A stretch of DNA of 49,151 nt from NCBI GenBank assembly GCA_014905635.1, contig JABVCE010000039.1, positions 186,001 through 235,151 on the forward strand, given 5' to 3'. Position 1 is the stretch's first letter. Every line of letters starts with the position of its first letter. This document shows, piece by piece, positions 28,428 to 37,986 of the stretch. Position numbers and translations under genes: made by a program. The stretch is from Scenedesmus sp. PABB004 (lineage: Eukaryota). The notes beneath the pieces are model-generated. The model was not told the origin of the DNA and searched no databases. It saw nothing but the letters and a program-made list of their open reading frames with translations.

Positions 28428-29737
28428 GCAGCGCCGCCGCCGCGCCGCTGGCGGAGCGGCAGGCGGCGCACGAGGAGCTGTTCGGGCGGCCGTGCCGCTG
28501 CGCGCGCTGCGTGCTCGAGGCCGCGCTGACCGAGGAGGCGCGCGCAGCGGTCGCGTCGGTGCATGCGCACGCGGCGGGCGAGTGGCAGGACCGGCTGCAG
28601 GCTGCGCTGGAGGGCGCGCCGGACGCCGACGGCGAGGCGACGGCGGAGCTGCTCTCCGAGCTTCAGGTCGGCGCGTGGCGCGGCGCGGCGCCGCGCCGCG
28701 CGGCGCAGGGCGCGGTCGCTCGCCGCGTGCCGCCGCGGCTGCAACGCCGCCTGCCGCCGCCGCCGGCTCACCCCACGCAGGCCGAGGTGGACAGCGCGCT
28801 GGAGGCGCTGGACGCCGCGCTCGCGCCGGGCGCGCGGCGCCGCGACGACCGGCTGGCGCTCGCGGCGGGCGCGTACGGCGCCTACGACCTGGCGTGGCAG
28901 ATGGAGGAGCTGCTGGCGGAGGAGCCCGACCTCGCCAAGCTCGCGTCCTGCGTCGCGCTGCTGCGGGTGCGGCCGCGCGCGCGCGCGCGCGCGTGCGGCG
29001 GTGCATGGCCACACGCCGGCCGCCTGCCAGACACCCCCCGGCGCGCGCGTGCACCGCCGGCCGCGCGCAGGTGTTTGCGCGCGGCAGCGAGAGCCACGTC
29101 TACAGCGCGCTGCTGCTGGACCAGGCCCACACCGCGCGCGCCGAGGCGCTCACCGCCGAGGCGGGCGGCGGCGTGTCGCGCAAGAGCCTCGCGCGGCAGC
29201 GCCGCCTCACCGCGCGCATCCAGCAGCTGCTCGCGGGCGCCGAGGCGGCGGCGTACGCGTACGCCGAGGCGGTGTCGTGCCGCTACGGCCTGCTGCCGCA
29301 GGACGGCGAGGACGGCCTCGCCCCCCGCCTCGCGCAGGGCCTCGCCCTCTTCTACGCCGGCATGAGCGCGCTCAGCGCGGCGGCCGGCGACGCCGGCGGC
29401 GGCGGGGTGCGTGCGCCGCCTGCGCGCGTGGCGCGCGCCGCCGGCCCGCGCGCGCGCCGCGCGCGCCGCGCGCGCCGCGCCGCGCCGCCGAGCCGCCGCC
29501 GCCGCCGGCGTCCGCGCGGCGCAGGTGCCCGAGCTGACGCGGGAGCTGGAGATCGAGGGCATCCCCGTGACCGTGGTGGACACGGTGGAGGGCGCGGCGT
29601 TTGCGCCTGGCGGCGGCGCGGCCGGCCCCGGCGGCGAGCGGCTGACGGTCGACTGGGTGGAGGCGGGCCCAGAGGACGACAGGCGCCAGCAGCGCGGCGG
29701 CGGGGGCGCGCCGGAGGAGCTGAGCGCGGCGGGGTAG
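26994..29737 (+). CDS. SET-domain protein (SMYD/ATXR-like, degenerate active site), probable organellar transit peptide; multi-exon
   Basis: YVGPIQLK..GVVASEEVSGAELL, GVWPELALLRHSCVPNA, LHATEDLPAGAEVTFNK, post-SET PCRCARC, helical C-terminus. Arg/Ala-rich N-terminus. Confidence 0.75.
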
Positions 29738-29893
29738 GGAGCTTGCTGGTCCTGGAGGCGGCGCTGGAGGCGGCGCAGCGGCCGCGCAGCGGCGGCCGGT
29801 GCCGGCCGAACTCCCTCAACAGCCCGGCCGGCGGCCCAGCAGCTGCCCGGGGAGGCCGCGAGTGCGTGTGCAGCCCCGGCGAGGCCAGCCAGA

Positions 29894-31585
29894 GAAGAAG
29901 GGCGTTACCAGGGGTGAACAAGCGCCTACGGCGCAAACACGGACCCCATCACTTTGGTATAGTCAGTCACTCACGCGCAGCTGCCGCCCGTGGCCACGCT
30001 CACGCCCAAAAGCGTCGCCTGCACACGCTCAGTGCTGTCTCCGCACACGCACCTTGACCGATCGCTCGCTGCTGGGCAGTAGCAGTATTTCAGTGTCGGC
30101 AGCAGCCGGTGACCGCAGGTCGCGCGTGCCCGCGAGCGCGCAACCCGCGCGCGCGGGAGTGCTGGGAGAATGCCACCATCCTCATCGCCGAATAACAACC
30201 AAGCCACTCCCCGCGACGCGGGGAGTGCACCAAGCCAGAAAGGGCTGGCAGGGTGCGAAGAAGGGCGTTACCAGGGGTGAACAAGCGCCTACGGCGCAAA
30301 CACGGACCCCATCACTTTGGTATAGTCAGTCACTCACGCGCAGCTGCCGCCCGTGGCCACGCTCACGCCCAAAAGCGTCGCCTGCACACGCTCAGTGCTG
30401 TCTCCGCACACGCACCTTGACCGATCGCTCGCTGCTGGGCAGTAGCAGTATTTCAGTGTCGGCAGCAGCCGGTGACCGCAGGTCGCGCGTGCCCGCGAGC
30501 GCGCAACCCGCGCGCGCGGGAGTGCTGGGAGAATGCCACCATCCTCATCGCCGAATAACAACCAAGCCACTCCCCGCGACGCGGGGAGTGCACCAAGCCA
30601 GAAAGGGCTGGCAGGGTGCGAAGAAGGGCGTTACCAGGGGTGAACAAGCGCCTACGGCGCAAACACGGACCCCATCACTTTGGTATAGTCAGTCACTCAC
30701 GCGCAGCTGCCGCCCGTGGCCACGCTCACGCCCAAAAGCGTCACCTGCACACACTCAGTGCTGTCTCCGCGCACAGGCTGGCAGGGTGCAAAAGAAGAAG
30801 AAGGGCGTTACCAGGGGTGAACAAGCGCCTACGGCGCAAACACGGACCCCATCACTTTGGTATAGTCAGTCACTCACGCGCAGCTGCCGCCCGTGGCCAC
30901 GCTCACGCCCAAAAGCGTCACCTGCACACACTCAGTGCTGTCTCCGCGCACACACCTTGACCGATCGCTCGCTGCTGGGCAGTAGCAGTATTTCAGTGTC
31001 GGCGGCAGCCGGTGACCGCGGGTCGCGCGTGCCCGCGAGCGCGCAACCCGCGCGCGCGGGAGTGCTGGGAGAATGCCACCATCCTCATCGTCGAATAACA
31101 ACCAAGCCACTCCCCGCGACGCGGGGAGTGCACCAAGCCAGAAAGGGCTGGCCCGTCAGGTCGGGCGTACGGGCAGCGCGGGGCACGTAAGCGGTCGCCG
31201 CAAAGTCGGCCAGCGCCTCCCAAAACGCACTCACTGCCGCCCGCCTGACTATGTCTCGGGCCACGTCAAAGGGCAAGGCACGCTCCCGCACTTGCAGGAA
31301 AATCCAGGCCACGCGCCGGCCGCGTTCGCACGCGTGAATTGCAGCGATGCAGACCATGTCCCAGACCATCTGGGATAGCTGCTCCCGCGGCCGGCACCCC
31401 AGCCAGATGTGCCTGCAGTGCAAGCGCGCGCCGTCCGGCCACCAGTCAAAAGCAGCCAGCTGCTTCTCGATCTCACCCCACACCTCGCCTGCCACCGGGC
31501 ACCGCCAGAAATGGTGCGCCTCGCTCGGGTGCAGCGCGCCGCCCAGTCCGGACGCCTCCGCTGGCTCCGGCGGCTGGCAGGGTGC
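29894..31585 (-). mobile_element. Head-to-tail array of four 5'-truncated L1-like non-LTR retrotransposon copies (A 29894-30242, B 30257-30605, C 30620-30775, D 30790-31571)
   Basis: All copies share one 3' end (minus strand ...CCCCTGGTAACGCCC(TTC)n) and have three different 5' truncation points. Copy D encodes an ORF2 C-terminus (HHFWRCPVA..VW..IWL..VWDMVCIAAI..AVSAFWEALADF..QPFL, stop 31085). The 14-bp GGCTGGCAGGGTGC occurs at 30243, 30606, 30776 and 31572. Confidence 0.88.
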
Positions 31586-31593
31586 GGAGCGAG

Positions 31594-31607
31594 AAAAACA
31601 GCAAAAA
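31594..31607 (-). terminator. RNA polymerase III terminator (two T5 tracts) of tRNA-Tyr
   Basis: AAAAA on + at 31603-31607 and 31594-31598, immediately 3' of the tRNA. Confidence 0.8.
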
Positions 31608-31610
31608 CAG

Positions 31611-31697
31611 TCCTGCCAACCGGATTCGAACCAGTGACCTAGAGATGACAGCTCACACGACTACAGTCTCCCGCTCTACCAACTGAGCTATGGCAGG
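31611..31697 (-). tRNA. trnY-GTA: tRNA-Tyr(GTA) with 14-nt intron (31647-31660)
   Basis: CCTGCCA/TGGCAGG acceptor stem (C1:G72, discriminator A73), D arm GCTC-AGTTGGTA-GAGC, anticodon stem GGAGA/TCTCT with loop CT-GTA-G^A, T arm ACTGG-TTCGAAT-CCGGT. The intron is at the canonical 37/38 position. Confidence 0.97.
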
Positions 31698-31732
31698 TTG
31701 ATATCCCACCAGTGTCCAATGGTTTTTATATA
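31698..31732 (-). promoter_or_regulatory. Plant/algal-type tRNA upstream elements: TATATAAAAA (-35 to -26) and CAA (-3 to -1)
   Basis: + strand TTTTTATATA at 31723-31732 and TTG at 31698-31700. Confidence 0.7.
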
Positions 31733-31869
31733 CAGCAAATGTCAAAGTCACAGATTACGGAAGTACAAACAACAACCCATTTTTCGGGCCGAAATCGCCA
31801 GGCGTACCGATGTGGGACCGGGCCCCGCCGTGTAACCAACGTAACCGTGTAACCAACAACAACATAACA

Positions 31870-33780
31870 CGCAGGTGCCCTGGATCCTGCTCGCTCGCAG
31901 CCACCTCTGGGCGGCGTGCCCCTGGTGGGGCCCGCTGGCGCTGCTGGACTGCGGCCCCGACCAGCGGCCTGTCGGCGATGGCTGGGGCCCGCGCGTGCCG
32001 GCGCCGCCGCCCCCGCTGCGGCGCATGATCGCTGGCCTGGCCGCGCTGGGGCCGGTCATCCAGCTCGAGCCCACCCCTGCGGCTGGGCCCTGGTGCGCCG
32101 ACGTGCCGGTCTTCGGCAACCCTCTGATCCGCGACGTGTACCCCTCGGGGCCGCGCGGCCTGCAGATCAGGCCGGTGCCGGAGGTCGGCGGCCGCCGCGC
32201 AGGCTACGCGCGCACGCTAGTGCGCTCGCTCGGCGACCTCGTGCGTGTGCAGCGCTGGGCGGCTGCCTGGCCGGAGGCGCTGGCCCACGACGCCAACGCG
32301 GAGCGGGCCGAGTGGGCCGACGTCCAGGCGCTGCTGGCTGCGGTGCCTGCGGGGTGGGAGGAGGCGGCGCGCGCTGCGCCCCTGCCGCCGCTGCCTCCGC
32401 GCGGCACGCGCATGATGCCGGCACGCCCGCCAGACCCCGCGGCCCTGTGGGCTGAGGCGGACCTGGTGCCGAGCCTAGGCTGGCGGCTGTACCAAGGGTC
32501 ACGGGCGGTGCCCGTGCTGCTGACCAAGCTCACCGTCAAGCAGGCGACGCTGCTCCAACTCGCCATGCCGGGCGGCGTCGACACGCAGCGGCGCGACAAG
32601 CACGTCGCATTTGCGTGCCTGGCCCTGGGGCTGGCGCCGCCGACGCAGCGCGCGCTGCCCCGGCCGCGGGGCAGCAGCCGGCGGCGGCCCAGCCGGTCCC
32701 GGCGGCGGCCGCGCCGGACCCGGCGGCTGCCGTGGCGGCAGCCGCGGCGGCGGCTCCGCGGCTGCAGCAGCCGCGCTGGCCGGCCTGGACGGGGCCGCCG
32801 TCGACGCCGCGCCTCCCCCGGGAGCTGGCCCTCACCGCGTCGGTCAGGATCGCCCTGCGCAAGCTGTGGCGGCTGCGCTGGGACAACGCGGTGTACTGGC
32901 GGCTCGCGCTCAACGGTCTCGCGACCGCTGAGCGCATGTCCCAGCCCGAGTTTGTCTGCCTCTGCGGCGTCGCCTGCCCCGGCCGCGCGCACCACTACTG
33001 GGAGTGTCCCATCGCGCAGGCAGTGGTGCGAGCCATGCTCGACTCGCTGCCCGCCGAGTGGTGCGCGCGCCCGGCCGATGGCGCGCCACGCCTGCGCCGC
33101 GAGCACGTCTGGCTCATGTTCGCGCCGCCGGCGGCGGCGCGGCGCGCCGGCGCGCGGCGGCTGCATTCGGGCGTGTGGCGCGTGGTGTGCCTGGCCGCGC
33201 TCGCGGCCATGGACACCGGCCGGCGCGCCGCCAACCTCGCGGCCCTCCAGGCCAAGAGGGAGGCGGACGCCCGGACGGCCGCGCATGCCCGGCGTGCTGA
33301 GCGCGCCGCGGCTGCGGGCCAGCGCCTCATCTCCAGCTTGCTGCCCGCTGCGCCTCCCCCCGAGGCGCAGCAGCAGCGACAAGCGGCGGTGGCCGAGCGC
33401 GAGCGCGCGCAGCGGCTGCAGCAGGCCCAGCAAGCGGCGGTGGCGTCGTTCTGGGCCTGGCTGGCAGACTTTGTTGCGTGCCGCGCGGCCCCGCGACAGT
33501 GGTCTGCGCAGGTCCCTGCGCAGCACCCCTTCCTCTGCACCGTGCCGGACGACGCCGACCCACGGGCGGCGCCGCGCATCTGGCTGCAGGCCGGTGCATG
33601 AGGCTCGTTGTGTGTGTGCGGGCGTGTGTGTTTGGTGCTGCCCCGCTGACAGTTCTGTAGGCCGGTGTGTGTGGAGTCCCGGGGCACCGCCGAGATGGGC
33701 GTGCGTGCGACCGGGGTGGGGGGAGAAGGCGGCGTCGGTCGCGGGGGGCGCGCAGTCTCCCGCTCGGTGACACAAGCTTG
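31870..33780 (+). mobile_element. 5'-truncated, frameshifted L1-like retrotransposon (ORF2 C-terminal region with zf-RVT/CCHC knuckle); 3' boundary uncertain
   Basis: GPWCADVPVFGNPLI..LGWRL..LTVKQAT, frameshift near 32650, then LWRLRWDN..YWRLALNG..CLCG..HHYWECPIA..VWL..VWRVVCLAAL..AVASFWAWLADF..HPFL, stop 33601. Homologous at protein level to the minus-strand element; no EN/RT core is present. Confidence 0.82.
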
Positions 33781-33900
33781 TGAGGCCGCGGCGGCGCAGC
33801 GGCGCGCGGCGGAGGGCGGCGCACACCTGCGCGCGCACGTCCGCGCGCGCTGCCGATGGCGCGCGCCGGCCGCGGTGGAGGCCGTGGCGCGCGCGCGGGC

Positions 33901-34535
33901 GCAGACATGTGGGGGCGGTTGAAGTACCTGGGCGCGGCGGGCGGCGCGTGAGCCGGGCGCTCGCGGCGCACGGCGCGCCCGCGCGCCGCCGTCGCGCCGG
34001 GCGGGGCGCGGGATGGCGCGCACCAGGGCCGCATGACCGTGGCCTTGTGCTCCGTGTCCACGGGCAGCGAGAAGGTGGAGAAGTCGTCGGCCATCTTGCC
34101 AACGACCTGCTCGGCCGCGACGCCCATGCCTGCGCGCGCGTGCTGCCGGCGGGCGGGGGGCGGGCTGCTGCTGCTGCTGCTGCTGCTGCGCTGCGGGGGG
34201 CGTGGGGCGCGGCGAACACGGGCGCGGCGGCGGCGGGCAGCTCTGGGCGACGGCTGGGGCGGCGGGGGATCAAGTGCGCGTGGCGCGGGCGGCCGGCCCA
34301 GGTGGCCCCATGTGGCCCAGTACAGGGTCCAGGGGCCGGGCCGCGAGCGGCGCACCCGCGCGCGCCCGCGCGGCAGCGCGTCGCCACGGCAGGAGGCTGG
34401 GTTGCGCAAAGAGCGGCGCTGGGCGGCGGCGAGAGGGCCGTGGGAGGCTGCCGGCGAGGTCAATGGCCGGGTCACACACCCGCGCGCGAATGCCGCGGCG
34501 CCGCCAGCGCCGCGCGGGCCCGGGGCCGCCGCAGC
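33901..34535 (-). pseudogene. Truncated duplicate of the NRT2 5' region (upstream sequence, ATG 34127, first coding exon, intron, part of next exon)
   Basis: Near-identical to about 21155-21776, introns included. Translation [44 protein letters not shown], then homology ends abruptly. Confidence 0.9.
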
Positions 34536-34690
34536 GCGACGCCTGCTGAAACGCCCGACGCACCCGCCCGCCTTCGTGACCGTGCCGCCGTTCGCTCCCC
34601 CGCGACGCTCATTGGCGGCCGTGATCGCCACGCCACACGCCACTCTGAGCCGCGCGATCGCCGCGCTCGCGGCGCCGCTGCCGCTCCCGG

Positions 34691-36106
34691 ATGTGCGCCG
34701 CGCTGCGCGGCTGCTCGCGGGGCCTACGGCGGTGCGCGGCAGCAGCGGCATCGGCAGCCGCTCCTCCTCGCCGTGCGGTGGCCGTGGCGGCGGCAGCGGC
34801 GGCGCGCGGCGCCGGCGGCGCGGCAGCAGCAGCGGCGGACGGCGGCACCGGCATGCAGCCGCTGCGCGGGCACATCCCCGGCTTCCTGGCGCGCGTCGCC
34901 GAGGTCAACAATGGCCTCTCGCAGCTGAGCCTGGGCGAGCTGGTGCCGTTTGAGGTCGACGGGCAGCAGCTGGGCCACGTCAAGCCCGAGTGCGCCCGCC
35001 GCTGCGCCGCAGCACGGCGCCGGCAGCGCAGCGGGCGCGCCCGGCTGCCGTCGCCGCCCGCGCGCCCGCCGCCGACCCGGCCGCCGACCTGCCGCCGCCC
35101 GCCCCCGCGCGCCGCCCCCAGCTTCGTACAGCGGCTGCTGGCGCACCCGGCCGTGTTTGAGCTGCGCGACCGGCCCGCCGGCGGCGCCGCGCTCACGCTC
35201 GCGGCGCGGCTCGCGGGCGTCGACGCGCGCAGCGCCGCGGTCGCGGGCGTGCTGGCGGCGCTGCGCGGGGAGGGCATGTTTGGGGGCTGGCGTGACGAGC
35301 TCTACCCCGTCGCGCCCGCGTTTGGCGCGCCGCCCGCGCTGCTGCTCGAGCGCGCCACGGCGCCGTGGTTTGGCATCCGCGCGTACGGCGTGCACGTTAA
35401 CGGCTACGTGGCCCGCCCCGGCGGGGGCGTGGCGCTCTGGGTCGCGCGGCGCAGCGCGACCAAGCAGACGTGGCCGGGCAAGCTCGACCACATCGTCGCG
35501 GGCGGCCAGGTGCGCCGCCGGCGGGGCGCGGCCTGGCTGGCTCGCCCGCCGCCGCGCCCGCCGCCGCGCGGGCCTGAGCGCCGCCGCGCCGCCCCGCTGC
35601 GGCAGCCGCACGGGCTGAGCTGCGCCGAGAACGTGATCAAGGAGTGCGGCGAGGAGGCGGGGATACCGCCGGCGCTCGCGGCACTCGCCACGCCCGCGGG
35701 GTTTGTGAGCTACGTGAGCCTGAGCGAGGAGGGCCTCAAGCCCGACCTGCTGTTCGTGTACGACCTGCCCCTGCCGCATGACTTTGTGCCCACGCCCGCC
35801 GACGGCGAGGTGCGCGCCGCGGCGCGCACCTCGCCGCGCCCGCGCCGCCGCGCGCGCTGCGCGGGCTGCCAGGCGGCGCGGGCGCGGCCGAGCGCCGCCG
35901 CGTCACGCCGCCGGCGCGTGCAGGTGGAGAGCTTTGAGCTGTGGGACCTGGCGCGCGTCGCGGCGGCGGTCAGCGACGGCGCGCAGTACAAGCCAAACTG
36001 CGGGCTCGTGATCATCGACTTCCTCATCCGCCACGGCGCGCTGACGCCCGAGGAGCCCGGGTACGTCGATCTCGTCGCCGCCCTGCGCGCCGGCGCGCCG
36101 GCGTGA
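34691..36106 (+). CDS. Nudix hydrolase, plant NUDX20/24-like (DUF4743 + Nudix); 4 exons
   Basis: GWRDELYPV, LERA.APWFGIRAYGVHVNGYV, LWVARRS.TKQTWPGKLDH.VAGG, Nudix box GGQPHGLSCAENVIKECGEEAG, PADGEVESF, YKPNC.LVIIDFLIRHG. Confidence 0.92.
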   Translation: MCAALRGCSRGLRRCAAAAASAAAPPRRAVAVAAAAAARGAGGAAAAAADGGTGMQPLRGHIPGFLARVAEVNNGLSQLSLGELVPFEVDGQQLGHVKPECARRCAAARRRQRSGRARLPSPPARPPPTRPPTCRRPPPRAAPSFVQRLLAHPAVFELRDRPAGGAALTLAARLAGVDARSAAVAGVLAALRGEGMFGGWRDELYPVAPAFGAPPALLLERATAPWFGIRAYGVHVNGYVARPGGGVALWVARRSATKQTWPGKLDHIVAGGQVRRRRGAAWLARPPPRPPPRGPERRRAAPLRQPHGLSCAENVIKECGEEAGIPPALAALATPAGFVSYVSLSEEGLKPDLLFVYDLPLPHDFVPTPADGEVRAAARTSPRPRRRARCAGCQAARARPSAAASRRRRVQVESFELWDLARVAAAVSDGAQYKPNCGLVIIDFLIRHGALTPEEPGYVDLVAALRAGAPA

Positions 36107-36468
36107 GGCACGCGCGCAGCGGCCCGCTGACGGCGGCGGCCGTCGGGGCGCACTGCCGGCTGCACCGCCGCCGCCGCGGTAACACCGCCGCGACGCTGGG
36201 CTGCTCTCCCGCTTGATCCCCGATCGCATCGCTGGCACCGCGTCGATCGCGCCAGCGCAGACGGCTTGCCGCGCCGGGAGCAGCATCGCAGGTCGACTGC
36301 GCCTCACCCTCCACCCGCGCTGCCGAGCGCGCGGTCGCGGTCGATCGCTCTCCCGTCACGCGTGGCGGGAGACGCGCCCCCGCGACCAGCAGCTGCCAGG
36401 CCACGCGGGGCGGGCAGGGCGGCCACCTGCTGGCGCGCGCGCCGCCAGGCGCGTAGCGGGCCGGCAGC

Positions 36469-37986
36469 ATGGCGACCCGGTGAGTGCCGCGGCCCCAACG
36501 CCGCCCGGGCGCGCCAGGCGCCGGCGGCGGCCGCGGCGCGGCCCGCGCCGGCGCCGGCGGCCGGTCGCCGCTGCCGCTGTCCATGCGCCGGCGCCGCGGC
36601 GCGCGCCGGCGCCGCGCCGGCGCCGCCGGCCGGGACACGGCCTCGGGCCGGGAGGCAGGCCGGGGGGTGCGCGGCGCGCGCGCTCACGCCGCCGCTGCCG
36701 CGCCGCCGCGCCCGCTTTTGCCGCGCCGCGCGCAGCTGCCAGTTTGAGAACAGCAACGACGTCGGCGTGTTTGCGCAGCTGACCAACGCCTACGCGCTCA
36801 TCGCGCTCGGCGGCGCGGAGAACTTTTACTCCGTGTTTGAGGCCGAGCTGGCCGACCACATCCCGGTCATCAAGACCAGCATCTCGGGTGCGCCGCCGCG
36901 CGGCGCGGTGCTGGCGGCGCCGGCGCGGCGCGGCGTGGCAGGAGCTCGCGTCCACCAGCGCCAGCGCCAGCGCCAGCGCCAGCGCCAGCGCCAGCGCCAG
37001 CAGCCGCAGCTGCTTCGGCGGCCGCGCCCGCCCGCCCGGTGCGCGGGCCGCGCGCCGAAGCCGCGCCTGCCTCACCCTGCGCCGCCGCCGCCAGGCACGC
37101 GCCTGGTCGGTCGCATGACGGTCGGCAACAAGAACGGCCTGCTCGTGCCCAACTCGACGAGCGACCAGGAGCTGCAGCACATCCGCAACTGCCTCCCCGA
37201 CGAGGTCGTCGTGCAGCGCATCGACGAGCGCCTGTCGGCGCTGGGCAACGTGATCGCGTGCAACGACTACGTCGCGCTCATCCACCCAGACATCGACAAG
37301 GAGACGGAGGAGATCGTTCAGGTGCGAGGGAGCGTGGGGTGTGTGTGTTGTGGGCGGGTGTGGGCGGCGTGCGTGCGGGTGTGGGCGGGTGGGTGTGGGG
37401 CGTGTCGGCGTGGGCGGGGACGCATGGCGGAGCACAGGGCGGCGGCAGTCCTGCGGCCGCCGGCCACAGGGCCGCGCCCACCCCGCCCCTCGCCCCGCCT
37501 GCCCCGCCAGGACGTGCTCGGCGTGGACGTGTTCCGCCAGACGGTCGCGGGCAACGTCCTCGTCGGCAGCTACGCCGCGTTCAGCAACCAGGGCGGCCTC
37601 GTGCACCCCAAGACGAGCATAGAGGACCTCGACGAGCTCTCAAGCCTCCTGCAGGCGCGCGCCGCGCCGCGCCGCGCCGCGCCGCGCCGCGCCGCGCGCC
37701 CGCGCCACCGCCGCGATGCGTGCGCGCGCGCTGAGCCCGCCGCCGCGCCGCGCGCCGCGCGCTCCGCGTTGCTGTCCTCCAGGTGCCGCTGGTGGCGGGG
37801 ACGGTCAACCGCGGCAGCGACGTCATCGGCGCGGGGCTGGTGGTCAACGACTGGGCCGCGTTCTGCGGCCTCGACACCACGAGCACCGAGATGAGCGTGC
37901 TGGAGAGCGTGTTCAAGCTCCGCGACGCGCAGCCGGCGGCGATCGTGAACGAGATGCGCGCGAGCCTCATCGACACGATGGTCTGA
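36469..37986 (+). CDS. EIF6: Eukaryotic translation initiation factor 6; 5 exons
   Basis: [88 protein letters not shown]. Confidence 0.97.
36954..37000 (+). repeat. (CAGCGC)n hexanucleotide microsatellite in an eIF6 intron
   Basis: Perfect tandem array visible in the sequence. Confidence 0.9.

Noticed and set aside
29799..31190. 463-aa repetitive ORF on + strand
   Set aside because: It is the antisense reading of the tandem retroelement 3' ends; the protein repeats simply mirror the DNA repeats.
29894..31585. CRISPR-like array (14-bp repeat with spacers) or LTR element
   Set aside because: The intervening segments are nested copies of one sequence, not unique spacers. There are no cas genes, no TG..CA LTRs or PBS, and the context is eukaryotic.
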